A DNA stretch of 64,000 nucleotides from an uncultured Candidatus Peribacteria bacterium (GTDB lineage: Bacteria; Patescibacteriota; Gracilibacteria; Peribacterales; Peribacteraceae): contig CAZKOO010000004.1 of the NCBI GenBank assembly GCA_964554435.1, positions 2,116-66,115 on the forward strand, given 5' to 3'. A program made the position numbers and the translations under genes. The notes under the pieces were generated by a model. It worked only from the letters and a program-made list of their open reading frames with translations, made no database searches and had not been told where the DNA came from. How positions within the stretch are numbered: position 1 is the stretch's first letter; each line of letters opens with the position of its first letter. This document shows positions 30,931 through 40,727 of this stretch, piece by piece.

Positions 30931-33387
30931 TTATTGTCTATATTCCTCTAAATTCATTTTCAACGTCGAAAGATTTTTCGTACCATTAATACTTGGTAAA
31001 GCATTAAATGCTTTTATGAATTCAGCGATTAAGAAATTGATGGAATTTTGCGCATCTTTTAGTGGTGTTTTTAGGAAAGAAATCACCTTCATTGTTGGTT
31101 TTAGTGGTGCCCACTCGTCTGCTTCAAAGCCAAATTCAATGAGATCTTTTTTACGAACTGGTTTTTTCAAACTTGGAGTGAATTGCAATGCGTTAAGAGC
31201 ATCAACCATCTTCCTCTCACACATCTTCGTTAACACTTTCTCCAGCGCAACCTTGCCCGAGGAACAGGCGAGGAATTCTTTGAAGGAAAGATACATTGGC
31301 TCAACTCCTTCAAGTCTCATTTCCACACGATCACTCTTATCCTTATCAACTCTCTCAACCCTCATAGAAATAGCCTCTCCATGATAATTCGTCTCTGCTT
31401 CAAGCTCTCGCTTGAGTGTGAAGAATTTTGCATTCTCGGCATCGATGACATCTTGCGTTCGTTTTGGTGTTTTCAGTGCAAGCTTTTTCTGCACATAGGT
31501 CATGAGCTTATCGGAGCTTTCAGTAATGCCTTGTTTCGTAAGCAAGCGCTGACCCTCAAGCATCATTTCTACAAACATTGCATGTGCATTTGTCCATTCA
31601 AGAACACCATCACCATTCACATCATACTGCACAGGTGTATCTGGCAAATTGTTATAGGTACAATCATTCCGACGACGTTCTGCCTCGATAAACGGTACCA
31701 TCTCTCTATACTTCGGGTCGTGATCGAATGCGAGGGAGTAGTAGATAAAACCAAGCCCTTCCCCTGCGCTGAGCATGTTCTCTGTCACAGGGCCCGCAAA
31801 CCCCAATTTTTTTGCTTGTGCTTCAGGGATTGTTGTCTGGCTTTGGGTAAAGAATTGATCGATGGCACGAGGGTCATAGCCCATGCGCTCAAGCATCGGT
31901 CGTGCTTGCTCTTTAAACTCTTTTGTATAATGCAATACCACGCGTCCATCACTCAAAATAGTGGTATAGCGTGCAAGATCACCCAATTTCATTTCAGAGA
32001 GCAGAGAAAAAGCGATGGTCGTGCAATGACAACGGTTGCGTGCTTCTTCTGTTAAGAACTGCTCCATCAAGTCCATGCGCGCAGCTGTTTCTTCAGGTGT
32101 CAATTTCTTGTCTGCAAACTTGATGCCAAGAAGGCGCTCAGTTGGCCCTTGCACGACATCTGTTGCTTTTTGTACAACGCCCCGCGCAAGTGGTGCCCAA
32201 ATTTCATTGAGTGGATCTTCCTGTTTCAGTAAAAACTTCTGGCCAAAATACATCACACCAAGCGTTGCAAACATCTTTGGCATTTTATGGAGCAAAAAAC
32301 CTCCTATGGCAAGCAGTGCTATTTTCTCTGCGCCACCCAAATTGCTAAATGTCTCTCCCAGCGTTTCGCTGTCTCTTTCGCGTGACAACTTATCTACTTT
32401 TGTGAGCTTTCCAAGCTCCTGACGATCGGAAAGCAGAGCAAGTTCACGGTCCATCTTCTTCTGACTGAGGGTATATTCCACTTCTTTGTGCACAGTAGGG
32501 TCCACAATACCCATCAGTGGGTTGAGCACTCCATTGAGAAGTGATGGTTCAAGGGTAGAGCGAAGTGACTGAATAGAGGGCATCATGGCAAAGCCTTTCG
32601 TGTGATCGGCAAGATCTTCATAAAACCCTGCATTCATCTTCCTAGCACTTCTAAGATCTCTATTGCCATACTGTGCCCTCAGTGCCGCTTTTGCAAGAAG
32701 GAATGCAGGTTCAGGAGGAGTGTTTGTTGGGTCAGGATTTTTCTCACCAAGCATGTACTGCAGAGCGATCAGCACATCTTTTTTATTCTCTAGAATTTTT
32801 TCTTTTGTAGAGATCATGTCTGTTTCTGGTCCACTCGCAATAATCAATTGTTGTGGAATGATAGTTCGCACAAAATCCACAAAAATTTGTTTGCGGGCTT
32901 CTGGAGTCTGTCCTGCAAGTAAGCCTTCTGGACCATTTTCCAATGTAAAGCCAATTGATGGATCGGGATTTCTTGGAAAAGTTCCGCGCTCAAAGTATTG
33001 AATCCACTTTCCAAGATTGAACAGTTCTGCACTTTTTTCAAATGATGGTCTTGCTCCTTCTCTGTACCCTTTTTCGATCAACTGCTGAATGCTTGCGGGC
33101 ATCACTTTTGTAAACTCTACGGCAGTGCGCAATTGCTTCTGCTTCAGTGCTTCCGAGCGTCCATCTGCCTCGTACGTTTCTATCCATCCTTTTACGAAAG
33201 AATCATTGAGTCCGCCAAGCACTCCCCGTCCGGCAACCAAGCCTGTGTGAATACCATTTTTTGCTAGCCACCCCGATGCGTACGATAGCCCATACGTGAC
33301 GTTTTCTGTAATACCTTTATTCTCATATATCTCCCTCGCCTCACGCGTGCTATAAGCTTGCCGATGAAGGGAAGAATGAAAAAACAT
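30931..33387 (-). CDS. Hypothetical large protein (818 aa)
   Basis: Long uninterrupted ORF with ordinary codon texture. Its start overlaps the upstream stop (TAATG). No known domain recognised. Confidence 0.6.
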   Translation of the reverse strand: MFFHSSLHRQAYSTREAREIYENKGITENVTYGLSYASGWLAKNGIHTGLVAGRGVLGGLNDSFVKGWIETYEADGRSEALKQKQLRTAVEFTKVMPASIQQLIEKGYREGARPSFEKSAELFNLGKWIQYFERGTFPRNPDPSIGFTLENGPEGLLAGQTPEARKQIFVDFVRTIIPQQLIIASGPETDMISTKEKILENKKDVLIALQYMLGEKNPDPTNTPPEPAFLLAKAALRAQYGNRDLRSARKMNAGFYEDLADHTKGFAMMPSIQSLRSTLEPSLLNGVLNPLMGIVDPTVHKEVEYTLSQKKMDRELALLSDRQELGKLTKVDKLSRERDSETLGETFSNLGGAEKIALLAIGGFLLHKMPKMFATLGVMYFGQKFLLKQEDPLNEIWAPLARGVVQKATDVVQGPTERLLGIKFADKKLTPEETAARMDLMEQFLTEEARNRCHCTTIAFSLLSEMKLGDLARYTTILSDGRVVLHYTKEFKEQARPMLERMGYDPRAIDQFFTQSQTTIPEAQAKKLGFAGPVTENMLSAGEGLGFIYYSLAFDHDPKYREMVPFIEAERRRNDCTYNNLPDTPVQYDVNGDGVLEWTNAHAMFVEMMLEGQRLLTKQGITESSDKLMTYVQKKLALKTPKRTQDVIDAENAKFFTLKRELEAETNYHGEAISMRVERVDKDKSDRVEMRLEGVEPMYLSFKEFLACSSGKVALEKVLTKMCERKMVDALNALQFTPSLKKPVRKKDLIEFGFEADEWAPLKPTMKVISFLKTPLKDAQNSINFLIAEFIKAFNALPSINGTKNLSTLKMNLEEYRQ

Positions 33388-33767
33388 TAGGAATTGGAAG
33401 ATTGAGTACTATGAAATGCAGTATACTCTTTTTCTGCAGATGCAAGAATTTCGTTTCGTGCGCTGGCGAGCGCACCTGCAACACACGTTGTAACCTCAGG
33501 GTTTTGAGTAGTATCCATGTACTTCTCGCACCAGAGAACAATCTGTTCGATGTCACTGCCGTACACTGCCTCGTGCCACTCGCTATAAGCACTGCCCCCT
33601 AGCCTCAGAGCAATTTCTTGACAACAAATCTGCATTGTCTTCGTTGCAAGATATTCCAAGAAATCCCCATCATTCTCGTGTGAAAAAATGGGAAGTTCAG
33701 CAGCTGCTTCACCAACAATTTTGCTGATTTCTGCAGTGAGCGCCTGTGGGGAGAAGAGAGAGTCCAT
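33387..33767 (-). CDS. Hypothetical protein (126 aa)
   Basis: ORF translationally coupled to the 818-aa gene. Confidence 0.5.
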   Translation of the reverse strand: MDSLFSPQALTAEISKIVGEAAAELPIFSHENDGDFLEYLATKTMQICCQEIALRLGGSAYSEWHEAVYGSDIEQIVLWCEKYMDTTQNPEVTTCVAGALASARNEILASAEKEYTAFHSTQSSNS

Positions 33768-33873
33768 GTGTTAGGTATTAGGTGTTAGGTATTAGGGGTT
33801 AGGTATTAGGGGTTAGGGGAGAGGGGTTAGGCCTGCCCGCCGAAGTCCGAAGGACGTAGGAGGGGGTGAGGGC
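33768..33873. repeat. Intergenic composite element (heptamer array + GC element)
   Basis: GTGTTAGGTATTAGGTGTTAGGTATTAGGGGTTAGGTATTAGGGGTTAGGGGAGAGGGGTTAGGCCTGCCCGCCGAAG...GGGGGTGAGGGC. Confidence 0.8.
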
Positions 33874-33883
33874 GGAGGAAGAA

Positions 33884-36800
33884 CTATGCATTCACAAGAT
33901 AGTATGCTCCTACTCCGAGCGGTCCTGCGAGGGCAAAGCACGCCGCAAGAGCAAGGGCTGTTTTCTTATGCGTATTGGCAAATTCTGCTGTCTTTTTTGT
34001 TGCTTTCAATGCATTGCTACCAGACCAGAGTGTTGCCGTGCTTACTCCTGCCCACGTTGCTTTGAGCGCTCGCTTTCCTCGAGTAGTGACGGATTTTTTC
34101 TCTTTCATATCCAAATGATCGAGAATGCGGTTGATGCGTGGTTGGTACTTTTCAGGCGCAGAACCAAGGAGGAAGTCCTCCGTTGCACGTACAATTTTTT
34201 CGTGAGTGTTTCCAAGCTCCTTTCGTTCTTCATCAATCAGATTATAACTTAATTCCTTCGACATCTTTTCTGCGTGCTTCTGTGTCAGTACTTTCGCAAT
34301 GATCTTCATTTCATCACGAATGCGCTTGGAGTCTTTCAAATTTTTTGTATACTCAGGACCCGTTCCTTCGTAAAGTTCTTTGAAGGTAAAGTACGCCGTC
34401 ACAAGGTTAGGGTAACTCGCGCGTTGCCATTGAATGCGACGATCATCGATAGGATCATCTAAAACATTACCCTGCTGAAGACGAGTAAAGCCTGTTGGGA
34501 CTTTTAACATACTTGCCACTCTATTCACTGCATTATGTTCTCTTTCTCTTTGTAAAATATTTGCCTTATCTATAAACCATTCTTCTACTGCCTCCAATCC
34601 TCCCTGTGGCGTACTATCCTCAAGATCATCTGAGAAGATGTTGCCTGACAAGGTGCCTAGAGTTCTATCGAGCTCAGCACTAATGTATCCTTGTGCAAGA
34701 AGTTGCTTCGCACACTTTTCCGATTCCTTTTGCGACAAACCTTGTAACTTAAAATGCTCTGTTGCAATGCGCAGTTGAAGTGCATCTCCAGAGTCTCCTC
34801 CTTTTTCAATCACTTGAAGCTCTGCCTCTTTCTTTTTGATCTTCTCCGTCAATTGATCATCACTTTCCAGCGCAAATTCTTTCTCAAGTTTTTCTGCTAT
34901 CTGTATAGGTGTTTCTTCTGATGTTAATTTTGATGGATCAACTTTATTACCATCAATATAAGCGCTCATCTTCTCTTCCAATTTTGCTTTTTGTGATTCA
35001 ATAAAAATTCGTATCAATATATCAGATGTCTTATCATATTTTGCAATTTCATCACTTACCAATTTTAATTGTCCTGTAATTTTATTTTGTGCATCACGTC
35101 TTTCGGAATCTTTATTCACTCCTGGAGTATTGGGGCCAGTTAAATCTACTGGCGAATTTGGCAAAACACTGCCTTGAATCGCAAAATTACTACTCCAACT
35201 TGTTGCTCTTGTTGTAAAGCCAATTGATTGCAAATCTGTGCGAAGCGCATCTCGTTCTTTTTGCAAGACATCTAGACCCTCTTTCATTGAAGGGCTAAAC
35301 GTTAATTCTCGTAATTTTGAGAGTAATAGCGCAAGATTCTTCTTTGCTTTTAGTCCCACCACTTCTTCCTTTAACTTTTTCGCATCCCCTCCACCTTGCA
35401 CCCTTGCCATGATGCTTGGGTTTTGGAGCGCCAAATGCGCTGCAATATTCGCACCAGTTGTGTTGACACTTCCTTCTTTAAGCTTTTCAACAAATGCCAT
35501 ACTCTCCTCATGCTCTCTTCGGACTTCTTTATGAAGGCCTAAAAGAGAAGTCGTATTTTGACCTATAATATCTCCAGATACTAAAGCGGTATTTCTAGCA
35601 ACACCTCGTATCACTGCATTTAATTGTAAGGCTGCACGATTTGCAAAGTCATCGGTATTAGGGGGGTATGGAGATGTTGTTGTGGGTGCTGTTATTCCAT
35701 GTGGTAAATCCATGGGATTTTTTGTTCCGGCGTCAACATACTTCTTCCAAAATGGGAAATCTCCAGTCACTCCACGGTGGCGCAATAAATCTCGCAATTC
35801 ACTATATGTCAACCCCGCCACTGGTCTATTTTGCAACCCTACTGGTGCATCTGGCCCAGTATTTGCAGCAAGTAGTTCATCAGATTTAATCTTGAGTTCT
35901 ACTTCGCCTGTGAGCGTGACAGTTTCTTTGGTATTTTTCCATTGATACCAATAAGCAGACAATCTTTGTATGACTATTTGTCCATATGGATTATCATTCC
36001 TATCTGTTTCATATGGAGAAGATGTGGTATTTACTAAAATTCTCCAATATGGAAAAGATTGATCAGGTCGAGATGGGCTTGGATTTTCTATTTGAATAAC
36101 TCGATTTAAATCATTCATTGCTAATTCTGCTATTTTTTTACCACGTAAATCCTCTGGAATAAATGCATCATTTCCAATTTTTGTAGATAAAAATAATTTT
36201 GGATTGATTGAATATCTTACGCCATTTAAACTGCAACGATTTACTCTCCAAATTTGAGATTCTTTGATTACCTTTGCTGCTACAATTTCAGAAAGCCTTC
36301 TTGTGCCTGTAGAATCTAATTGATTTGGTCCTTGTCTTGGGTTTCCAGATTTTACAAAACTTTCCCAATATGTATGTCGACCATTTGCAGGGTCTACATA
36401 TTGAAATAATCTTTCAAGTTCTGGTTCTGTTAATTGTGAAATAGGATAATTATTCGGATATGGTGTTAATCCAATATGAGCAAGTGCATTTGGCCCCATG
36501 GTTGCATTCATCATCGCCTCAATGTCCACCTCCAGCTCCACCTGCCGTGTATCTGCAGGCACTCGTTCAGTTAAGACTCCGCGCTTGGGGGGAATGGAAA
36601 TAGTAGAAAAAGATGCATTAGCTATAATATCTGCAGTCGTTTGCTGTATTGGTCTATCTAATGATATAGATGGATGAATAAATACAATTCCAATATTACT
36701 AAGTGTAGTATTTCTTAATGCTGCAGATAAATCAGTGGGATCTCGATAATCTTGTCCTTTCCAAAATGGATGATCTAGATCAAAATGAATATTGTAAGCT

Positions 36801-37366
36801 GTCCCATTAATGTTTGGAAAATTTATCTGAACGATATTAATCATATTATTTCCTTCAATTATCCTTGGCTTTGTCGGAATTCTTAGGCGCAAATACTGAT
36901 CCATAATATCCTCCGGAATTGCCTTAAATACCGCATCAACAAAAGCAGTAATTCTATTATTTCTATTTAAAGAAGGATTTCCAGTATTCAATGCATTTGC
37001 CCGATAATCTCCATCTGTTAATTGCTCCAATCTACTTTGTATTTCTTCATTCAGTACATTATGTAATTCCAGATTTTGCATTGATGCTCTTGTTTGATCA
37101 ACTACTGAAAAAATTTTATCAACAATTACACCACTGTCTAATGTGTCAAAATTAAATGGTCCAAAACACTCTTGAAAAAATCGCTTTTTTGCATTCAGCG
37201 CTTGACTTTGCACGGCAGAACTCTCCTCCTGATCAGTCAGTTCAAAGTGGTTACTTCCAAGGCCGGAATTGGTATTTGGTGAGTACAAGATATTGGTATG
37301 AAATCTCCATATTGTACCACAAAAGACATCAGAAAAAAAGTGGAAATGGTGTAAATTTCTTGACAC
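33884..37366 (-). CDS. Hypothetical giant tail-anchored protein (1160 aa)
   Basis: Long ORF with a C-terminal TM (ALALAACFALAGPLGVGAYYLV) and coiled-coil-like Lys/Glu-rich stretches. No known domain recognised. Confidence 0.6.
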   Translation of the reverse strand: MSRNLHHFHFFSDVFCGTIWRFHTNILYSPNTNSGLGSNHFELTDQEESSAVQSQALNAKKRFFQECFGPFNFDTLDSGVIVDKIFSVVDQTRASMQNLELHNVLNEEIQSRLEQLTDGDYRANALNTGNPSLNRNNRITAFVDAVFKAIPEDIMDQYLRLRIPTKPRIIEGNNMINIVQINFPNINGTAYNIHFDLDHPFWKGQDYRDPTDLSAALRNTTLSNIGIVFIHPSISLDRPIQQTTADIIANASFSTISIPPKRGVLTERVPADTRQVELEVDIEAMMNATMGPNALAHIGLTPYPNNYPISQLTEPELERLFQYVDPANGRHTYWESFVKSGNPRQGPNQLDSTGTRRLSEIVAAKVIKESQIWRVNRCSLNGVRYSINPKLFLSTKIGNDAFIPEDLRGKKIAELAMNDLNRVIQIENPSPSRPDQSFPYWRILVNTTSSPYETDRNDNPYGQIVIQRLSAYWYQWKNTKETVTLTGEVELKIKSDELLAANTGPDAPVGLQNRPVAGLTYSELRDLLRHRGVTGDFPFWKKYVDAGTKNPMDLPHGITAPTTTSPYPPNTDDFANRAALQLNAVIRGVARNTALVSGDIIGQNTTSLLGLHKEVRREHEESMAFVEKLKEGSVNTTGANIAAHLALQNPSIMARVQGGGDAKKLKEEVVGLKAKKNLALLLSKLRELTFSPSMKEGLDVLQKERDALRTDLQSIGFTTRATSWSSNFAIQGSVLPNSPVDLTGPNTPGVNKDSERRDAQNKITGQLKLVSDEIAKYDKTSDILIRIFIESQKAKLEEKMSAYIDGNKVDPSKLTSEETPIQIAEKLEKEFALESDDQLTEKIKKKEAELQVIEKGGDSGDALQLRIATEHFKLQGLSQKESEKCAKQLLAQGYISAELDRTLGTLSGNIFSDDLEDSTPQGGLEAVEEWFIDKANILQREREHNAVNRVASMLKVPTGFTRLQQGNVLDDPIDDRRIQWQRASYPNLVTAYFTFKELYEGTGPEYTKNLKDSKRIRDEMKIIAKVLTQKHAEKMSKELSYNLIDEERKELGNTHEKIVRATEDFLLGSAPEKYQPRINRILDHLDMKEKKSVTTRGKRALKATWAGVSTATLWSGSNALKATKKTAEFANTHKKTALALAACFALAGPLGVGAYYLVNA

Positions 37367-37398
37367 TCGCCTCCAGAAAGGAGTACGATCGTCCTCCT

Positions 37399-37704
37399 AT
37401 GAGCAATGCATCTTCTCCATCTTCGCATGATTTTCAGTATCTCATCGAACTCATGCACCAAATGATGGAAAAGCAAGACATCATGCAAGAGCAACTCGAT
37501 GATGTAAAAGATGAATTAGTGATCATCAATTCTCGTCTTGATTCCACAAATGCGCGTATTGATGGCGTTGAAATAAAAGCAGAGCTTCGTCATTGTGACC
37601 TGATGGATGCACTGAATGAGAAAGTGGAGTTACTGAAAGATACAACCATCAATCATGAGCATCGGATTGTACGCGTTGAGCATAAACTAGAGCTTGCAGT
37701 GTAA
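37399..37704 (+). CDS. Hypothetical small coiled-coil protein, twin 1
   Basis: 101 aa from ATG 37399. Shares a 94-bp near-identical core with twin 2. Confidence 0.55.
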   Translation: MSNASSPSSHDFQYLIELMHQMMEKQDIMQEQLDDVKDELVIINSRLDSTNARIDGVEIKAELRHCDLMDALNEKVELLKDTTINHEHRIVRVEHKLELAV

Positions 37705-37731
37705 TTCTCTTCATTTCTTTTTTTCACTCCT

Positions 37732-38010
37732 ATGAGTACCCACATTACCTCCGACGACTCTCAATACATTATTTCACTACTACATCAAGTCATTGAAAAA
37801 CAATCAGAGCATGATCAGAAATTTGAATCTATAGAAGATCAATTTGATACAGTGAATGCGCGTATTGATGGCGTTGAAATAAAAGCAGAGCTTCGTCATT
37901 GTGACCTGATGGATGCACTCAATGAGAAAGTGGAGTTACTGAAAGATAAGACTCAAAATCACGAGCATCGTATTACTCATATAGAGCATGCACTTGGTCT
38001 TGCTGTGTAA
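37732..38010 (+). CDS. Hypothetical small coiled-coil protein, twin 2
   Basis: 92 aa with the shared core NARIDGVEIKAELRHCDLMDALNEKVELLKD. Confidence 0.55.
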   Translation: MSTHITSDDSQYIISLLHQVIEKQSEHDQKFESIEDQFDTVNARIDGVEIKAELRHCDLMDALNEKVELLKDKTQNHEHRITHIEHALGLAV

Positions 38011-38014
38011 CACT

Positions 38015-38287
38015 CTACTTCTTTTCCTCTTTCTTCGGCTCTTCTTTCTTTGCTTCTACTTTTGGTTCTTCTTTTGGCTTTTCTGCTGATGGCTCTGGCT
38101 TCTTTGGTTCTGACGCTGGAGGTGTAGAAGCTCCTGATAGTAAGTCCTTCATTTTTCCACTACAGTGTGAAAGTATATTTCGCAAAAATTGAGCCATCCC
38201 TCCACCTTTTGGAAGATTTGCTACACCTTCTGTAAGAGATCCTTTCTGTCGTAGATCTGTAAGTTGTGACATTGAACAGTGTCCCAT
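38015..38287 (-). CDS. Hypothetical protein with Lys/Glu/Pro-rich tail
   Basis: 90-aa ORF with a low-complexity C-half. Weak support. Confidence 0.3.
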   Translation of the reverse strand: MGHCSMSQLTDLRQKGSLTEGVANLPKGGGMAQFLRNILSHCSGKMKDLLSGASTPPASEPKKPEPSAEKPKEEPKVEAKKEEPKKEEKK

Positions 38288-38355
38288 ACTTGACAGTATA
38301 TCATTTTATTTTAAATTTATCAAATATTTCTGCATCAAAAGATTTTGAGCTCATT

Positions 38356-40542
38356 CTACAGCCATCTTTTTGAGATGAAGGAACCTGCAATTCCTGCAAG
38401 GAGAGATAGTGCAACAGATGATAGACCTCCTTTTCCTTCTCTCTGTTCTGGTTCTTGTGTCAGTTCAAGTGTTGGCGTGTGCTGCTCTGCAAGAAGATCT
38501 TTCCGATACATCTCCGTGTAATAGACTTGTTTTTTACTGGTTTTCTTTGCAACTTTCTTCTTTACCGCTTTTTTCGATGATACTTTTTTCTCTTTTTTCG
38601 ATCCGTCATCATTCTTTTTCTGCATGGATGTGTCTTCTCCAATCTTTTCTTTAGTCTCATTTTGTACTATTTCTTCCTCATCACTTTCTTGCCATATTCC
38701 AAGGCTTTTTTCTTGAGAATCCTTCTCTGCTTGTGTATACTCTGACCTTCTTTTGTATTCTTTCTTCTTTTCAGCTTCTAACAGACCAATACTGATCAAC
38801 TCTTTCGCACTATCTTTCATGGTAGAATTTGAAAGATATGCTTGTAATTTTCCTTCTTTTGACCACAATTCTGTATCAAATTGTAGTTCAACTTTTTGAT
38901 CTTTTAAAAGGGCTCGAATAGTTTCTACTACTTCACTATTTTCCTCTGAAAATAATGCTCCAATCATCTGAAGAGGAATTTGCTCTTCGTTAAAGTATTT
39001 CTGAGCTGAAAGATCTGGTTGAAACAGGAGTGTTCCGTCGTCAAAGACTTCTACAAGTGTTCCGGTTATTTCTCCATCTCTACAGTCAGCGGAGTAATAC
39101 CTTCTCCCCTCTTCTGCTTTCTCCCAATCAATCGTCGAGACAGAAGCATCGAGTGGTGACACCAGCGTGACATGGCCAATGCTATTTGGAAGACTGATCT
39201 TCATTTCGCTAGAAAACAATATCCGCTCTTCACTTGGTGCAAGATCTCCTGTGAGTGCATACGTCGATAGCGTCGTATTACCAATCTTGAGCTTCCAGCC
39301 ACTCAAATGTACTGTGTCCTCTCCTCTATTTTTAATGATGACGGATTCTTTTCCACTATCGACTGAGTCGGGGTTTGGTAGTGCGGAAACGAGGAATAGA
39401 TTTGCAAAGGGTGAAGGATACGTGATAGGCATGCCGTCCGAGAGTGAGGCCTGCTTTGATGAACTCAGGACAATCTCTTTTGTCAAAATAGATGTTCCAC
39501 AGCTATTCTTCGCCTCGAGCGTCACCTGCGTTGTACCAATCTGGACAAACGCATGCGGTGGTGGATTACAACTCTCACTTGTGTATCCATCGGAAAACGT
39601 CCAATGACATGTACTGTCGGAAATGGACCCTGTGATGGCAACCGCCTGAAAGTTGACAGTGGTTTTATCGATACCAGTGAGTTCTCCGTCTTGGATGATG
39701 ATGGAAAGATTGGGAAGGAAACATTCAGAGGTTATAGGTTCTAGGTGATAGGCACTAGAAGCAAATGATGATTCAGGGGAGACAGATGGAGAAGAATCAG
39801 AGGAAGCAGAGGAAGCAGAAGAGGCAAGGGATGAAGAGGAAGTAGAGGAAAGAGAGGATGTGATTGACGGAGAAGAGACAGATGATGCAGGCGATGATTG
39901 CATACTTGATGATAAGGAACTATCGACGAGCAGAGCGGCATTTCTTGCCGCGATGTCAGATGATACAACAGCAAATGATGACACCGAATTCTGCACACCA
40001 GGCGTTGCAAGAACATTTGCACCGCCATCCATGTTGATTATCTCAATTGCTGATGACCAGTTTGAGGCATCAATTCCTGAGCCAAGTGGATCGATGCGCT
40101 CCATGCTTGCCTTCACTCCACCACTAGGATTGAGCCCTGCAAACGGGTTCCCCACCGCATCATCCACAGTATCAATGAGCAAAGAAGATTGATCAAATAA
40201 TTTGATCAATAATTTTGTATTCGGAAGAGAAATACTTGTAGTGACGAGAAAAGGATCGATGGCAAGACGCGAAGAATGTTGATCTTTATTCGAAAGAATA
40301 ATGTACTCATTGGGCGCGATCACTGACCCACTGGGAAATGTCACCATCACGCTTTCTTGTCCTGTGCTTTTGAGTGAAGTGATGGTGTAGCCAGAAAGAT
40401 CAATTTCAACGTGATCGGGATTATAGAGCTCTATCCATTCATCAGCAGTACTCAGGTCACTCCCCATCCACATCACTTCATTAATCACAACGTGCGCAGA
40501 GCAGAGAGATGGTATCAGAAAGAGAAATGCTGAAAGCATCAT
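38356..40542 (-). CDS. Membrane-anchored lamin-tail-domain (x2) protein with SNase-like C-terminal domain
   Basis: Signal peptide MMLSAFLFLIPSLCSA. LTD motifs VVINEVMWMG...EWIELYNP...LSGYTI and ALPNPDSVDSGKESVIIKN...LSGWKL. An SNase-like block (LQAYL...ELISIGLLEA...SLGIWQ), a Ser-rich linker and a C-terminal TM. Confidence 0.7.
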   Translation of the reverse strand: MMLSAFLFLIPSLCSAHVVINEVMWMGSDLSTADEWIELYNPDHVEIDLSGYTITSLKSTGQESVMVTFPSGSVIAPNEYIILSNKDQHSSRLAIDPFLVTTSISLPNTKLLIKLFDQSSLLIDTVDDAVGNPFAGLNPSGGVKASMERIDPLGSGIDASNWSSAIEIINMDGGANVLATPGVQNSVSSFAVVSSDIAARNAALLVDSSLSSSMQSSPASSVSSPSITSSLSSTSSSSLASSASSASSDSSPSVSPESSFASSAYHLEPITSECFLPNLSIIIQDGELTGIDKTTVNFQAVAITGSISDSTCHWTFSDGYTSESCNPPPHAFVQIGTTQVTLEAKNSCGTSILTKEIVLSSSKQASLSDGMPITYPSPFANLFLVSALPNPDSVDSGKESVIIKNRGEDTVHLSGWKLKIGNTTLSTYALTGDLAPSEERILFSSEMKISLPNSIGHVTLVSPLDASVSTIDWEKAEEGRRYYSADCRDGEITGTLVEVFDDGTLLFQPDLSAQKYFNEEQIPLQMIGALFSEENSEVVETIRALLKDQKVELQFDTELWSKEGKLQAYLSNSTMKDSAKELISIGLLEAEKKKEYKRRSEYTQAEKDSQEKSLGIWQESDEEEIVQNETKEKIGEDTSMQKKNDDGSKKEKKVSSKKAVKKKVAKKTSKKQVYYTEMYRKDLLAEQHTPTLELTQEPEQREGKGGLSSVALSLLAGIAGSFISKRWL

Positions 40543-40699
40543 CCTTTTATTGAACACATTTTTTATACAATAAAGAGAGGAAAGATAGAGGTCTGAAAAC
40601 ATGCTTCCTAGCATGAGAGAAAAATCATCAATTGAAAGATCGGACAAGAAATTTCAAAACTGCATAGTCATTTTTTGCGCAGAAAAATCATCAATACTG

Positions 40700-40727
40700 C
40701 GTTCTTTTTCGAAAAAGAACGTTTTTT
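40700..40727 (+). terminator. Orphan terminator-like hairpin
   Basis: A 22-nt perfect palindrome CGTTCTTTTTCGAAAAAGAACG followed by TTTTTT. No plus-strand gene lies upstream. About 200 nt upstream of rny. Confidence 0.4.

Noticed and set aside
33795-33873. Telomere-like GGGGTTAGGGG / GGTTAGGGGTGAGGG strings.
   Set aside because: They are short, embedded in the dispersed GC-hairpin element, occur internally within genes, and are not at a sequence end.
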